Source: an uncultured archaeon
Lineage (GTDB): Archaea > Iainarchaeota > Iainarchaeia > Iainarchaeales > DATDZZ01
Direction: 5' to 3'
DNA length: 32,000 nucleotides
Assembly (NCBI GenBank): GCA_964373795.1
Contig: CAYJVY010000008.1
Span: 808 to 32,807 of the forward strand
The number at the start of each line of letters is the position of its first letter. Position 1 is the first letter of the stretch. Made by a program: the position numbers and the translations under genes. The notes below the pieces were generated by a model that made no database searches, had not been told where the DNA came from, and was given only the letters and a program-made list of their open reading frames with translations. Positions 9,277 to 19,369 of the stretch are shown here, piece after piece.

Positions 9277-10149
9277 TCACTTCAATAAATCTTCACCTAA
9301 ATCTTTAAAGGAAACATATTCTTTTAATGAAACTTTTTTTCCTGCTTTAGTGCGAGAGGTTTCACCAAATTCATTCATTTTTTTAAGTTGTTTGCCTGAA
9401 AAAACCGGGCCATCAGTGCAAACCCTGAATTCATTGCAACAACAAGCTGCACAAATTCCTATTCCGCATTTCATGAATCTTTCAAGGCTTCCAAAATATT
9501 TTGCTTTAATTTCTTCAGCTAACTGCAAGGCTTTTTTCATCATTATTTCCGGGCCACAAGAATAAATTACATTAAATTTTTCTCCTGAAGAAATTAATTC
9601 TTTTAATTTATCTGTAGTAAAGCCTTGAAAACCATGAGAGCCATCATCAGTGCAAGGAAAAACTTTTCCACATTCAGCAAATCTTTTCTCTGATAAAACT
9701 CCTTGCTTTGTTCGCGCGCCAAGAATTGAAGTAACTTGAATTTTTTGTTTTGCAAGTGCTTCAGCTAATTCAGTTAAAGCAGGAATTCCTAATCCTCCTC
9801 CAACAATGCATGCCTTTTTCCATTGCTTTTTAATTGGAAAATTTGTTCCGTATGGGCCGCGAATTCCAATTAAGTCTCCTGGTTTTACTTGAATTAGTTT
9901 TTGAGTGTAAAAACCTTTTGCTTGCAAAGTAATTCCAACTTGTTTTCCTTTTCCACTGAAATCTAAAGTAAAAGGTTTTTCATCTATTCCAGGCAACCAA
10001 ATCATTGCAAACTGTCCAGGCTTTGCATTCATTTCAGTTTCTAAAAAAATTGTTTTAGTATTCAATTCATGATCTAAAACTTTTGATACTTTAACTATTT
10101 TTGGCTTGGAAAAAACTTTTGAAACTTGGTTTAAAACCATGGATTGCAT
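9277..10149 (-). CDS. pyrK: dihydroorotate dehydrogenase (class 1B) electron-transfer subunit
   Basis: FAD/NAD-binding ferredoxin-reductase-like sequence and a C-terminal 2Fe-2S cysteine cluster (CGIGICAACCC...C). AGGTGA SD. Confidence 0.85.
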   Translation of the reverse strand: MQSMVLNQVSKVFSKPKIVKVSKVLDHELNTKTIFLETEMNAKPGQFAMIWLPGIDEKPFTLDFSGKGKQVGITLQAKGFYTQKLIQVKPGDLIGIRGPYGTNFPIKKQWKKACIVGGGLGIPALTELAEALAKQKIQVTSILGARTKQGVLSEKRFAECGKVFPCTDDGSHGFQGFTTDKLKELISSGEKFNVIYSCGPEIMMKKALQLAEEIKAKYFGSLERFMKCGIGICAACCCNEFRVCTDGPVFSGKQLKKMNEFGETSRTKAGKKVSLKEYVSFKDLGEDLLK

Positions 10150-10153
10150 TTTT

Positions 10154-10582
10154 TCACCTTGCTCTTGTTTTGCCCCAAGTTTTTCTTTTAAGCTCGTCTA
10201 ATAATTCGTTTTTTCCTTGAACAGTTATTCCAGCTTTTTCAGCTGTTTTTCTTATAGGCCAATTAATTGCTCGCAAAACTTTGTGTGAAGCATCAAATGA
10301 AGTTGAATGTAAAACTATTCTTGATTTCACGCCAATTCTTTTACACCATAATGCAAACCTAAATCCTCCAACTGCATCGTGAAGCCTTAAACTGTTTCCT
10401 CTGATATCATAATCGGCAACAATTAACTCAAAATTATGGCCTTGTTTTTGCATTGCTAAAACTTTTTCTTTAGCTTTTTTTACTGTTAAAGCTGTTTCAA
10501 CTTTAAATCCTTTTTCTTCTAATTCTTTTTTGATTAATACTGTGTTATCTACTGAGTCATCTAAAACTAATGCTGTTTTCAT
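10154..10582 (-). CDS. stand-alone CheY-like receiver domain protein (putative)
   Basis: 142 aa. It has ALVLDDS (acidic pair at residues 8-9), ELIVADYDI with Asp at residue 57, and IVLHSTS (Ser/Thr position) followed by a Lys at 101. It overlaps the pyrD stop by 4 nt. Its own TGA stop lies inside the SD of pyrK. Confidence 0.5.
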   Translation of the reverse strand: MKTALVLDDSVDNTVLIKKELEEKGFKVETALTVKKAKEKVLAMQKQGHNFELIVADYDIRGNSLRLHDAVGGFRFALWCKRIGVKSRIVLHSTSFDASHKVLRAINWPIRKTAEKAGITVQGKNELLDELKRKTWGKTRAR

Positions 10583-11511
10583 TTAATCACAATTTTTTCA
10601 TGAGCTTTTCCTTTTAATTCTTTTAAACTTGAATAACCATTTTCTTTAAGCCAGTTTTCTGCTTCTTCGCAGACTTGTTTGAAAACATTTAATCCTTTGA
10701 AATAAATTGCTGTTCCAATTCCCATTAAGCTTGCGCCTGCAAGAGAATATTCTATTAAGTCTTCTCCAGTCATTATTCCTCCAGTGCCAATAATTGGAAT
10801 TTCCACTGCTTCAAAAACTTGGTATACACATCTAACTGCAATTGGTTTTAATGCAGGGCCACTTAATCCTCCGACCTTGTTTTTCAGAATCGGCATTTTA
10901 GTTGTTAAATCAATGCTCATTCCTTGAGCAGTATTAATTGCAGTAATCGAATTTGCTCCTGCGTCCTCAACTGCCTTTGCAATTTGTGCAATGCTTGCAA
11001 CATTTGGTGAAAGCTTTATTGAAACAGGAATTCTTCCAACAGAATTTTTAATTATTTCAGTTACTTTTCCAGCTGTTTCAGGAGAAGCAGCATAAGGTAA
11101 GCCAGCTTCTTTGTCTACATTTGGACAAGAAATATCTGCTTCAATTAAAGGAGGATTTAATTCAGCAATAAGAGAAGCAATTTCTTCAAACTCTTCCATT
11201 GATTTTGCAAAAATGCTTAGAAAAACAGGTGAAGAAGAATTTTTTAAAGCAAACTGTAAGTCTTTTTTTGCTTCATCAAATCCTGGATTGCTTAAACCAA
11301 TTGCATTCAATAATCCACCTTGCACTTCAACAATTGTTGGATTTCTATGGCCTTTTCTTTCATGTAATGAAACACTTTTAGATGTTACTGCTCCTGCGCC
11401 TTTTCTTCCAGCTTCACATAAAATTTCTCCTGTTACTCCACAAATTCCTGAAGCTAAAACAGTTGGATTTTGCAATTCCATTCCTAAAAAATTTGTATTC
11501 AATGAATTCAT
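10579..11511 (-). CDS. pyrD: dihydroorotate dehydrogenase class 1B catalytic subunit
   Basis: 310 aa with NPxGLSNPG-type, ISCPN and GTGGI motifs of class 1 DHODH. It neighbours a pyrK-type partner. Confidence 0.9.
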   Translation of the reverse strand: MNSLNTNFLGMELQNPTVLASGICGVTGEILCEAGRKGAGAVTSKSVSLHERKGHRNPTIVEVQGGLLNAIGLSNPGFDEAKKDLQFALKNSSSPVFLSIFAKSMEEFEEIASLIAELNPPLIEADISCPNVDKEAGLPYAASPETAGKVTEIIKNSVGRIPVSIKLSPNVASIAQIAKAVEDAGANSITAINTAQGMSIDLTTKMPILKNKVGGLSGPALKPIAVRCVYQVFEAVEIPIIGTGGIMTGEDLIEYSLAGASLMGIGTAIYFKGLNVFKQVCEEAENWLKENGYSSLKELKGKAHEKIVIK

Positions 11512-11518
11512 TTAAATC

Positions 11519-12409
11519 CTAAATTAATAGTTTTCCAAATCTAATTGAAGCATAAAGTCTTACTAATTTTATTACAAAAACATATGTTGTTGCAATAAGA
11601 AAAATAAGTAAAGTGTGTAAAAAAGTTTTGTTTTCCAAAAAAGTAATTCCTCTAGGAGAAGAAACATTTAGTTTTCCTCCTGAATGCCAAGTTCCAGTAA
11701 CTGTTTGAAAATCATTTAAAGGATTCACTATAAAGCCAAACTTGATGTGCAAAAATTCTTTCACTAAAGGATTTACTGGATGTTTTTTGAATAAAAGCAC
11801 GTCATTTTGATGATAGTTAATTCTCTTCCAAGCATATTTTAAAATCTTTAAAATGCCTTGAGGCTTTACTTCTTCGTGATCGTGAAAATATTTTGCGTTC
11901 ACGACTTTTAATTTATATCCTGCTTCCATTATTTTTAGAGTTAAATCAGAGTCTTCCCTGTAATAAAAATAGTCTTCATCATATCCTCCTCCAACCTTTT
12001 TTAAAGCTTTTTTGAGAAAACCAGTTGAAGTACCTCCATAAGGAGGATAAGCAGTTACAACTCCGACTTGTGGGTCTTCAAATCCTTTCACCATTTCTTT
12101 TAACCAATTTTTTTCAGGCAAGCAATCATGATCCATATTAATAATTATTTCATGTTTTGCAATTTTAATGCCTGCATTTCTTGCCTTGCATACTCCTTGG
12201 TTTTTAGAAAAATTAATTATTGAAATTTTTTTGTTTGAAGAAAAATTTTCTTGCAACATTTTTTTAGTTAAATCAGTTGAACCATCGTTTACTATAATTA
12301 TTTCAAAACCAGCAGGATAATCTTGCTTCAGCATTTCCTTTACTACTTTTTTCAAAGTATTAACATTATTTAAAGTAGGAATTACAATGCTTGCATTAGG
12401 ATAATTCAT
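11519..12409 (-). CDS. glycosyltransferase family 2 with C-terminal TM segment
   Basis: SIVIPTLNN...IIIVNDGSTD and DHD (DxD-like) motifs. I prefer the start at the internal ATG (12409), which forms an ATGA overlap with the pyrI stop. Confidence 0.8.
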   Translation of the reverse strand: MNYPNASIVIPTLNNVNTLKKVVKEMLKQDYPAGFEIIIVNDGSTDLTKKMLQENFSSNKKISIINFSKNQGVCKARNAGIKIAKHEIIINMDHDCLPEKNWLKEMVKGFEDPQVGVVTAYPPYGGTSTGFLKKALKKVGGGYDEDYFYYREDSDLTLKIMEAGYKLKVVNAKYFHDHEEVKPQGILKILKYAWKRINYHQNDVLLFKKHPVNPLVKEFLHIKFGFIVNPLNDFQTVTGTWHSGGKLNVSSPRGITFLENKTFLHTLLIFLIATTYVFVIKLVRLYASIRFGKLLI

Positions 12410-12857
12410 TTCAATCCTGTAACAATTTGTTGTTCGCTCATTGTTTTCTCGCAATAAAAGCAATGAGCTTGTAAAGGCAAAGCGTTAATGAAAAACTTGG
12501 TTGGAATTTTGTCGTGATTTGAAATACAATTAGGGTTAATGCATTTAATTAAATCGAAAACCTTTTTCGGCAAATTAATTGATTCTTTTTTAATTACTTT
12601 TTTGTTTCGAATAATGTTTACAGTTGAACCTTTTCCAATTAAACCAATTTTATTAATTTCTTCTTCACTTAACTCATGATTGCCTATAAAAATTAAGTCT
12701 TTTTTTCTCATTAAAGTGCTTGGTACATTCATTGCAACCCCAATACTTGCATCAGAGTTTATGCCTAAAATTTTAATTATTTGAAGAGCTTTTCCTGCAG
12801 GAATATGATCAATTGCGGTTCCATTATCTATTTCGTTTAAAATAATTTTGCTTTCCA

Positions 12858-12858
<1 letters not shown>
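12406..12858 (-). CDS. pyrI: aspartate carbamoyltransferase regulatory subunit
   Basis: 150 aa with the C-terminal Zn domain CINPNCISNH...CFYCE. GAGGAGG SD. Its ATG overlaps the pyrB stop (TAATG). Confidence 0.9.
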
Positions 12859-13895
<1,037 letters not shown>

Positions 13896-13906
13896 TTATT
13901 AAGGGT

Positions 13907-14704
13907 TTAAATCAATTCTTTTGCTTTAACTGTTTGAATTTGTTTTTCAAGTGCATCACTTATGTCTTTTTTTACTTGTTCAAACTCTGCGTAGTTACCC
14001 ATTATAAGGGGCATTAAGTCTTTTTTCCAGTCTTTTCTTTTTTCTTCAATTTTTTTCAAAAATATGTTTTTTTCAAAAACTGTTTTATGTTTTCTGAACT
14101 TTTTTCCAAGTAAGCTGAAATCTATTTGAATGTTTTTGAATTTCAACAAAAACCATAAATCATAAACATCCCTTGCTTTTTTCCTGCTGTAAATTGCCAA
14201 GATTTTTTCCAAGATGATTTCGTGTAAATCTATTGCAAAAACATGAAATGCTGGAATATCTGGGTAATTTGAGTATAGGAGCATTCTTTTTGGTTCGAGT
14301 AAAACTTTTTCCCGCAAACTTATATCTAGTCTAATAAAACACAAACTTTTTGGATTGCCATCAAAAAAAGGGCCTAAAAATTCTAGTCCAATACTTAATT
14401 GGTTTTGGTATTTGTCAATGGATTTGATTTTGGCTTTGATGCCTGTTTGTCTGAACAAAAAAACCAGTTTTTCCAAACGCTTTTCAAAATTAATGTTTTT
14501 TGAAAAAGAGAAATCCAAATCCTCACTAAAGCGGTTCAAACTATGCAGTTTATACAAACAAGTTCCGCCTTTAAAAACCAATTCTTTGCCGACAACAGAG
14601 TAAATAAAGTAAAGAAGCAAATTTTGCAAGTAATCCTTTTCAATTTGTGTTTCGTTTAATCTTTTCAGTCCAGCTAAAGCTCTTAATTCTTCTTTACCAA
14701 TCAA
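13907..14704 (-). CDS. AbiEii/AbiGii-family nucleotidyltransferase toxin (type IV TA)
   Basis: LVFKGGTCLYKLH...RFSEDLDFS signature of DUF1814/AbiEii. The TTG start directly follows the antitoxin stop, with an AGGTGA SD 5 nt upstream. Confidence 0.8.
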   Translation of the reverse strand: MIGKEELRALAGLKRLNETQIEKDYLQNLLLYFIYSVVGKELVFKGGTCLYKLHSLNRFSEDLDFSFSKNINFEKRLEKLVFLFRQTGIKAKIKSIDKYQNQLSIGLEFLGPFFDGNPKSLCFIRLDISLREKVLLEPKRMLLYSNYPDIPAFHVFAIDLHEIILEKILAIYSRKKARDVYDLWFLLKFKNIQIDFSLLGKKFRKHKTVFEKNIFLKKIEEKRKDWKKDLMPLIMGNYAEFEQVKKDISDALEKQIQTVKAKELI

Positions 14705-15301
14705 TTAATTCACCTTTTCCAAGAACTTTTTTGCTTTTTTCCGCCATGGTTTTCTAATTATTTTCATTAAGTATTTTGAAATAAGCTTTATCTCAAGTTC
14801 ATCTCTATTTTTGGAAATTATTTCCAGTAACTCTGATTCTGAAACAAGGTTGAAAGCAAAAGAGTCAGCTATGGCTTTTTCTTTGCTTGCCACAAAAATT
14901 TCCATTCCTTTGTAATGTACTTTGTTAAACCCAAATAGGTTTTCTGTTTTGCTTTTAATAAAACGAATTTTTGCGTTTGCGAATTCTATTTCTTTTTTCT
15001 TTTTGGATCTTGTTGTAAAAACATCAATTGTTGAGGGCAGTTGTTCAGTTAAATTGTGATATTGTAGAGCTGACCATCCTGAAATATAGCTAGGCCAAAG
15101 AATCCTGGAAGCAACAAGCAAAGCATCCTTATAAACAGTGTATTTGTCTCTCTCAATTCGGAAAATCAATTTGGCATTGCTTAGCCTGTACAATAACAAG
15201 TTAACATAGTTTTTCTTTTTTTCCAAAATATCCAAAACTATTTTGGAGGTAAAAACTGCATACTTCTGCAGTTCATTCAATACGTATATTCGATTAACCA
15301 T
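14705..15301 (-). CDS. AbiEi-like winged-helix antitoxin/transcriptional regulator
   Basis: 198 aa with an N-terminal wHTH-like segment (FTSKIVLDIL...LLLYRLSNAKLIFRIERDKYTVY). It sits directly upstream of AbiEii and is coupled to it. Confidence 0.65.
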   Translation of the reverse strand: MVNRIYVLNELQKYAVFTSKIVLDILEKKKNYVNLLLYRLSNAKLIFRIERDKYTVYKDALLVASRILWPSYISGWSALQYHNLTEQLPSTIDVFTTRSKKKKEIEFANAKIRFIKSKTENLFGFNKVHYKGMEIFVASKEKAIADSFAFNLVSESELLEIISKNRDELEIKLISKYLMKIIRKPWRKKAKKFLEKVN

Positions 15302-15313
15302 AATTATTATTTA

Positions 15314-15379
15314 TGATAAGTAAGGTTTAATAAACTATTCATTCAACTTTAATTATCAATTTTGATAAGGAAGGTTAAT
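15314..15379. promoter_or_regulatory. pair of direct repeats upstream of abiEi (candidate operator/promoter)
   Basis: TGATAAGTAAGGTTTAAT (15314-15331) and TGATAAGGAAGGTTAAT (15363-15379), 49 bp apart, just upstream of the AbiEi ATG at 15301. Confidence 0.3.
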
Positions 15380-15555
15380 TTAATGTTTTTAGTAGTGGAA
15401 AGCTAATGGCAAAATTTTAGCCTATTTTTAATTTAAGCAAAGGCCCACCTAATAATATACAATGCAATAAGAGAGGGCAAAAAGCAATTAAACTTGCAAT
15501 AAAAGAATTGATTAATGAAAATTTTTTTGCTTTCGAAGCTATCTACTTAACTGTT

Positions 15556-16509
15556 TTATTTCAATAAGTAATTCAAATCCAGTTCACGTAAAGAGTAATT
15601 TTTTAGGTTCATTTCTTTAACCATTAATTGAGTGAATTTTTTTGGAGAATGAATTCCTTTTTCTGTTACAATGCTTTTCAAGTAGTGTGAAGGAGTTAAA
15701 TCAAATGCTGGGTTTGAAATTGAAAGCTTTGAAGGTTTTTCAAGCCAAACCTCTTTCCAAGAACGTTCTTCGATTACTGTTTTTTTGCCGTAAAATGTTT
15801 GAGCATCGAATTTTTCTGAAGAGGTTGCAACAAAATGAGGTATGTTAAATTGTTTTGCTAGAAAAGAAATTTGTTGAGTGCCAATTTTGTTAATTAATTC
15901 TCCTTTAACAGTTATTGCATCTGCTCCTGAAAAAAAATAATTTATTTTTGGAAGTATTTGGAAAACATTTGAGTCAACAATTTGAGTTACAGGAATTCCG
16001 TGGCTTGAAAGTTCTTTGGCTGTAATTCTTCCTTGAAATAGAGGCCTGGTTTCAGTGCAGTAAACTCTTTCAATTTTTCCTGAATCAAATGCTTTGCAGA
16101 AAATGTTTGAAACATTTTTCGAATGACAATGAGTTAAAAGAATTGAATTTTTTTTAATTATTTTTGCTCCGTTTAAAGCAATTTGTTTTGCTGCATTTTT
16201 TCTTTTCTCTAAGTATTCTGTGCAAAATTTTTGTAAATCTTTTTTTAATTCGTTTAAGGATTGAAATTCTTTTTTTGTCTGCCAATAAATTTGTCTTAAA
16301 GCTGATTGCATTCCAGGCTCGGTTGGGCGGGAAAAAAATAATGCTTTTAAGTGTTGTTTTAATTCTTGTTTAAATCCTGTAAAAGTTGTTTGATTTGAGT
16401 TTTGAATGGATTGTTGAATTGCTTGAACTGCTTGGTTGCGGATATTGGAAGCGCCTTGAATTTTTAATTCTTTAATTTTTTGAACTGTTTCTTGAATTAT
16501 TTTATTCAT
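15556..16509 (-). CDS. eIF-2B alpha/beta/delta-family isomerase, most likely ribose-1,5-bisphosphate isomerase
   Basis: About 317 aa with LTHCHS (catalytic Cys region) and GADAIT...GELINKIGT motifs. The size fits the e2b2 group rather than the longer MtnA. AMP phosphorylase is present in the same window. ATG at 16509 preferred over the TTG at 16518. Confidence 0.7.
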   Translation of the reverse strand: MNKIIQETVQKIKELKIQGASNIRNQAVQAIQQSIQNSNQTTFTGFKQELKQHLKALFFSRPTEPGMQSALRQIYWQTKKEFQSLNELKKDLQKFCTEYLEKRKNAAKQIALNGAKIIKKNSILLTHCHSKNVSNIFCKAFDSGKIERVYCTETRPLFQGRITAKELSSHGIPVTQIVDSNVFQILPKINYFFSGADAITVKGELINKIGTQQISFLAKQFNIPHFVATSSEKFDAQTFYGKKTVIEERSWKEVWLEKPSKLSISNPAFDLTPSHYLKSIVTEKGIHSPKKFTQLMVKEMNLKNYSLRELDLNYLLK

Positions 16510-16618
16510 GGAAATCAATTCAATTTCAACAAATCGTTTAAAAATGTTTTCAATTCAATTATTATTAGATTAAAGTAATATATTATTGTTTTTATTAACT
16601 TTTTTAGGTGATAGGGGT

Positions 16619-17737
16619 ATGCAAATTAAGTCAATTGTTTCAAGGGCAATGAAAGAAGCTAAAACTCCTTCATTAAAGCCAAGAAAAGAATCAAAAGATG
16701 ATTCTGATTTAGTTGCTTTGCTTGAAGCAAGCCAAGCAACTATTAAAGTAATTGGAGTTGGAGGAGGTGGCTGTAATACTCTTCAAAGAATGGCTGAAGT
16801 AGGAATTGCTGGAGCAGAAACTTATGCAGTTAATACTGATGCACAAGACTTATTGAAAATTGAAGCTGATAGAAAAATTTTAATTGGAAGAGAATTAACT
16901 AGAGGCCTTGGATCTGGATCTGATCCTTCAATTGGAGAAGCAGCTGCACATGAATCTGAAAAAGATTTAGCTACTGTTTTAAAGGGAACTGATTTAGTGT
17001 TCATTACTTGTGGAATGGGTGGAGGAACTGGAACTGGAGCTGCTCCAATGGTAGCGCAAATTGCTAAGGATTTAAAGTGTTTAACTATTGCAGTTGTAAC
17101 AATTCCTTTCACTGTTGAAGGAAAGAAAAGAATGGATAATGCTTTAAATGGTTTAGCAAAACTTCAAAAAACTGCTGACACAATTATTGTGATTCCAAAT
17201 GATAAAATTCTTGAAATAGCTCCTGACTTGCCTTTAAATGCTGCATTCAAAGTAGCAGATGAAGTGTTAACTAATGCAGTTAAAGGAATAACTGAATTAA
17301 TTACAAAGCCAGGATTAATTAATTTAGATTTCGCGGATTTGAAAACAATTCTAGGAAAAGGTGGAGCTGCAATGATTGGTTTAGGGGAGAGTCAAACAGA
17401 AAAAGCTTCTGATGCAAGAGCTTTAGAAGCAGTTGAAAATGCTTTAACTTCTCCTTTACTGGATGTAGATATTAGTAATGCTAATAGAGCTTTAATTAAT
17501 GTAATTGGTGGAACTGATATGACTTTAAGGGAAGCAGAATTAATTGTTGAAGCAGTTTCATCTAAAATTAATTCTTCTGCTCACATTATTTGGGGTGCAA
17601 TGATTAACGATGAATTGCCTAGAAATCAAATTCAAGCAATGGTTGTAATTGCTGGCGGAACAATGCCTTACGGAGACTATGAAAGTCATAAAACAAGTGA
17701 AGGAGCATTTGATTTAGGAATTGAATTCACTGGTTAA
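16619..17737 (+). CDS. ftsZ: cell division GTPase FtsZ
   Basis: GVGGGGCNT and GMGGGTGTGAAP tubulin signature. I prefer the ATG at 16619, which is preceded by GGTGAT. Confidence 0.95.
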   Translation: MQIKSIVSRAMKEAKTPSLKPRKESKDDSDLVALLEASQATIKVIGVGGGGCNTLQRMAEVGIAGAETYAVNTDAQDLLKIEADRKILIGRELTRGLGSGSDPSIGEAAAHESEKDLATVLKGTDLVFITCGMGGGTGTGAAPMVAQIAKDLKCLTIAVVTIPFTVEGKKRMDNALNGLAKLQKTADTIIVIPNDKILEIAPDLPLNAAFKVADEVLTNAVKGITELITKPGLINLDFADLKTILGKGGAAMIGLGESQTEKASDARALEAVENALTSPLLDVDISNANRALINVIGGTDMTLREAELIVEAVSSKINSSAHIIWGAMINDELPRNQIQAMVVIAGGTMPYGDYESHKTSEGAFDLGIEFTG

Positions 17738-17778
17738 TTTTCTTTTCCTTTTTTTTTAATTTTTTTTAGTGATTTAAA

Positions 17779-17964
17779 ATGAATATAGCTGAAAAAGTTT
17801 CAGATTTTGTTGAAGGCTCGAAAAGAGTATTGCTTGTCTCTAAAAAGCCTTCAAGAAAAGAATTCATGGCAATGCTTACTGTTACTGGAATTGGAATTCT
17901 TGTAATTGCAGCAATTGCTTATGTAATTCATTTGTTTTTTCAATTAACTGGGATAGGGTTTTAA
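17779..17964 (+). CDS. secE: protein translocase subunit SecE / Sec61-gamma
   Basis: 61 aa with a single C-terminal TM (GIGILVIAAIAYVIHLFF). It holds the conserved position upstream of spt5-L11. Confidence 0.75.
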   Translation: MNIAEKVSDFVEGSKRVLLVSKKPSRKEFMAMLTVTGIGILVIAAIAYVIHLFFQLTGIGF

Positions 17965-18060
17965 ATTTATCTCTGGAGAAATGTATTAAACTAGTTTTAA
18001 ACTAATTGAACTGTTTATTAATTAATTCATGGTTTAAGTGAATGGTTTTAAGTGAATGAA

Positions 18061-18504
18061 ATGATTTTTACTGTTAGAACAACTGTTGGACAAGAATCCT
18101 TAGTTGTAGATATTCTTGGAAACAGAATTAAAAAAGAGGAATTAAATGTTTACTCAATTGCAGTTATTCCTGGATTGAAAGGATATATTTTAATTGAAGC
18201 AGATAATGAAGTAACAGTTAGAAGAGCTATTACTGGAACTCCTCATATTAAAGGAAGAGGAGTTGTTGGAACAGGAGAAGTAAAAATAGAGGAATTAACT
18301 TCTTTGCTTGAATCAAAGCCTTTAATGAAAACCTTGAAAGAAGGATTAAAGGTTGAAATAATTCAAGGCCCATTTAAAGGAGAGAAAGCAAAAATTATTC
18401 GCGTGAACGACTCAAAAGAAGAAGTGCAAGTAGAATTATTGGAAGCAGCAGTAAAAATTCCTGTAACCTTAAAAGCTGAACACATTGTAGTAAAAAATGA
18501 GTGA
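18061..18504 (+). CDS. spt5: transcription elongation factor Spt5 (NusG)
   Basis: The N-terminus [12 protein letters not shown] is typical of archaeal Spt5. NGN domain plus KOW motif ([13 protein letters not shown]). Confidence 0.9.
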   Translation: MIFTVRTTVGQESLVVDILGNRIKKEELNVYSIAVIPGLKGYILIEADNEVTVRRAITGTPHIKGRGVVGTGEVKIEELTSLLESKPLMKTLKEGLKVEIIQGPFKGEKAKIIRVNDSKEEVQVELLEAAVKIPVTLKAEHIVVKNE

Positions 18505-18509
18505 AATTT

Positions 18510-19112
18510 ATGCCTGACATTGATTTATTAGTTGAAGGAGGAAAAGCAAATGCAGGCCCTCCTCTTGGACCAAGTCTTGCTCCTTTAGGAGTAAACATTG
18601 GACAAATAGTTAGCAAAATAAATGAAAAAACAAAAGAATTTAATGGAATGAAGGTTCCAGTTAAAGTAAAAGTTGACGTTAAAACAAAAGCCTTTGAAAT
18701 AGAAGTTGGAAGCCCTCCGACAAGTGCTTTAATTAAAAAAGAATTAAAAATTGAAAAAGGATCTGGCACTCCAAAAACAGGAATAGTTGGAAATCTTTCA
18801 TTAGATCAAGTTAAAAAAATTGCTGAAGGAAAACTAGAAAACCTTTCCTCAACTGATTTACAAAAAGCAATGCATGAAGTAATTGGAACAGCTAATTCAA
18901 TGGGAGTAACAATTGAAGGCAAACGAGGAAAAATTTGGATGGCTGAATCAAGAGGAGAAAAAATCGAAGAAGACTTTGAAGAAGTAGTTGAAAAGCCAAA
19001 ACCAAAAGAAACAGCTGTGGAAAAAACAGAAGAAAAAGTAAAGGAAACAGGAAAAGAAAAACCTTCAAAAGAATCCTCAAAAGAAAAATCAGGAAAAGAA
19101 AAGAAAAAATAA
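18510..19112 (+). CDS. rpl11: 50S ribosomal protein L11 (uL11) with Lys/Glu-rich C-terminal extension
   Basis: [22 protein letters not shown] motif. The last ~50 aa are low-complexity ([40 protein letters not shown]). Confidence 0.9.
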   Translation: MPDIDLLVEGGKANAGPPLGPSLAPLGVNIGQIVSKINEKTKEFNGMKVPVKVKVDVKTKAFEIEVGSPPTSALIKKELKIEKGSGTPKTGIVGNLSLDQVKKIAEGKLENLSSTDLQKAMHEVIGTANSMGVTIEGKRGKIWMAESRGEKIEEDFEEVVEKPKPKETAVEKTEEKVKETGKEKPSKESSKEKSGKEKKK

Positions 19113-19114
19113 AA

Positions 19115-19369
19115 CTAATTTTTAATTTTTGTTACATCAAAGAGCTCTAAAATAATTTTTTTCAATTCTTTTTCATTTACTTTAAGTTTTTTAGAAAAAT
19201 AGTTCAAATGCTTTAACAGTTCTTGTTTAATGAATTCAGGTGAAAATAGTTTAAGTTCATTATTAATTAAAAGCATTTTTCTTGTTGTGGAATCTTTTAA
19301 TAAAGCTGCAATAATAATGTTTGCATCTATTACTATAATTTGTTTTTTCAAAAGATCACAGCCATTCAA
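19115..19369 (-). CDS. PIN-domain toxin, N-terminal half only (probably truncated VapC-like)
   Basis: 84 aa. IIVIDANIIIAAL carries the first PIN acidic residue. The ORF ends 2 nt from the convergent L11 stop, before the C-terminal acidic residues expected in a ~130-aa PIN domain. Confidence 0.45.
   Translation of the reverse strand: MNGCDLLKKQIIVIDANIIIAALLKDSTTRKMLLINNELKLFSPEFIKQELLKHLNYFSKKLKVNEKELKKIILELFDVTKIKN

Noticed and set aside
11111-11515. Plus-strand ORFs 11111-11515 and 11199-11381
   Set aside because: They are antisense shadows of pyrD.
15380-15555. Possible tRNA, ncRNA or small ORF in the 250-bp gap between abiEi and the isomerase gene
   Set aside because: I could not build a cloverleaf-compatible arrangement, and there is no GC-rich stem region. 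Only very short ORFs (under 12 codons) are present. It most likely holds divergent and terminator sequences.
16822-17112. 96-aa minus-strand ORF
   Set aside because: It is antisense to the Gly-rich tubulin-signature region of ftsZ. The Pro/Ala-rich translation is the complement artefact.
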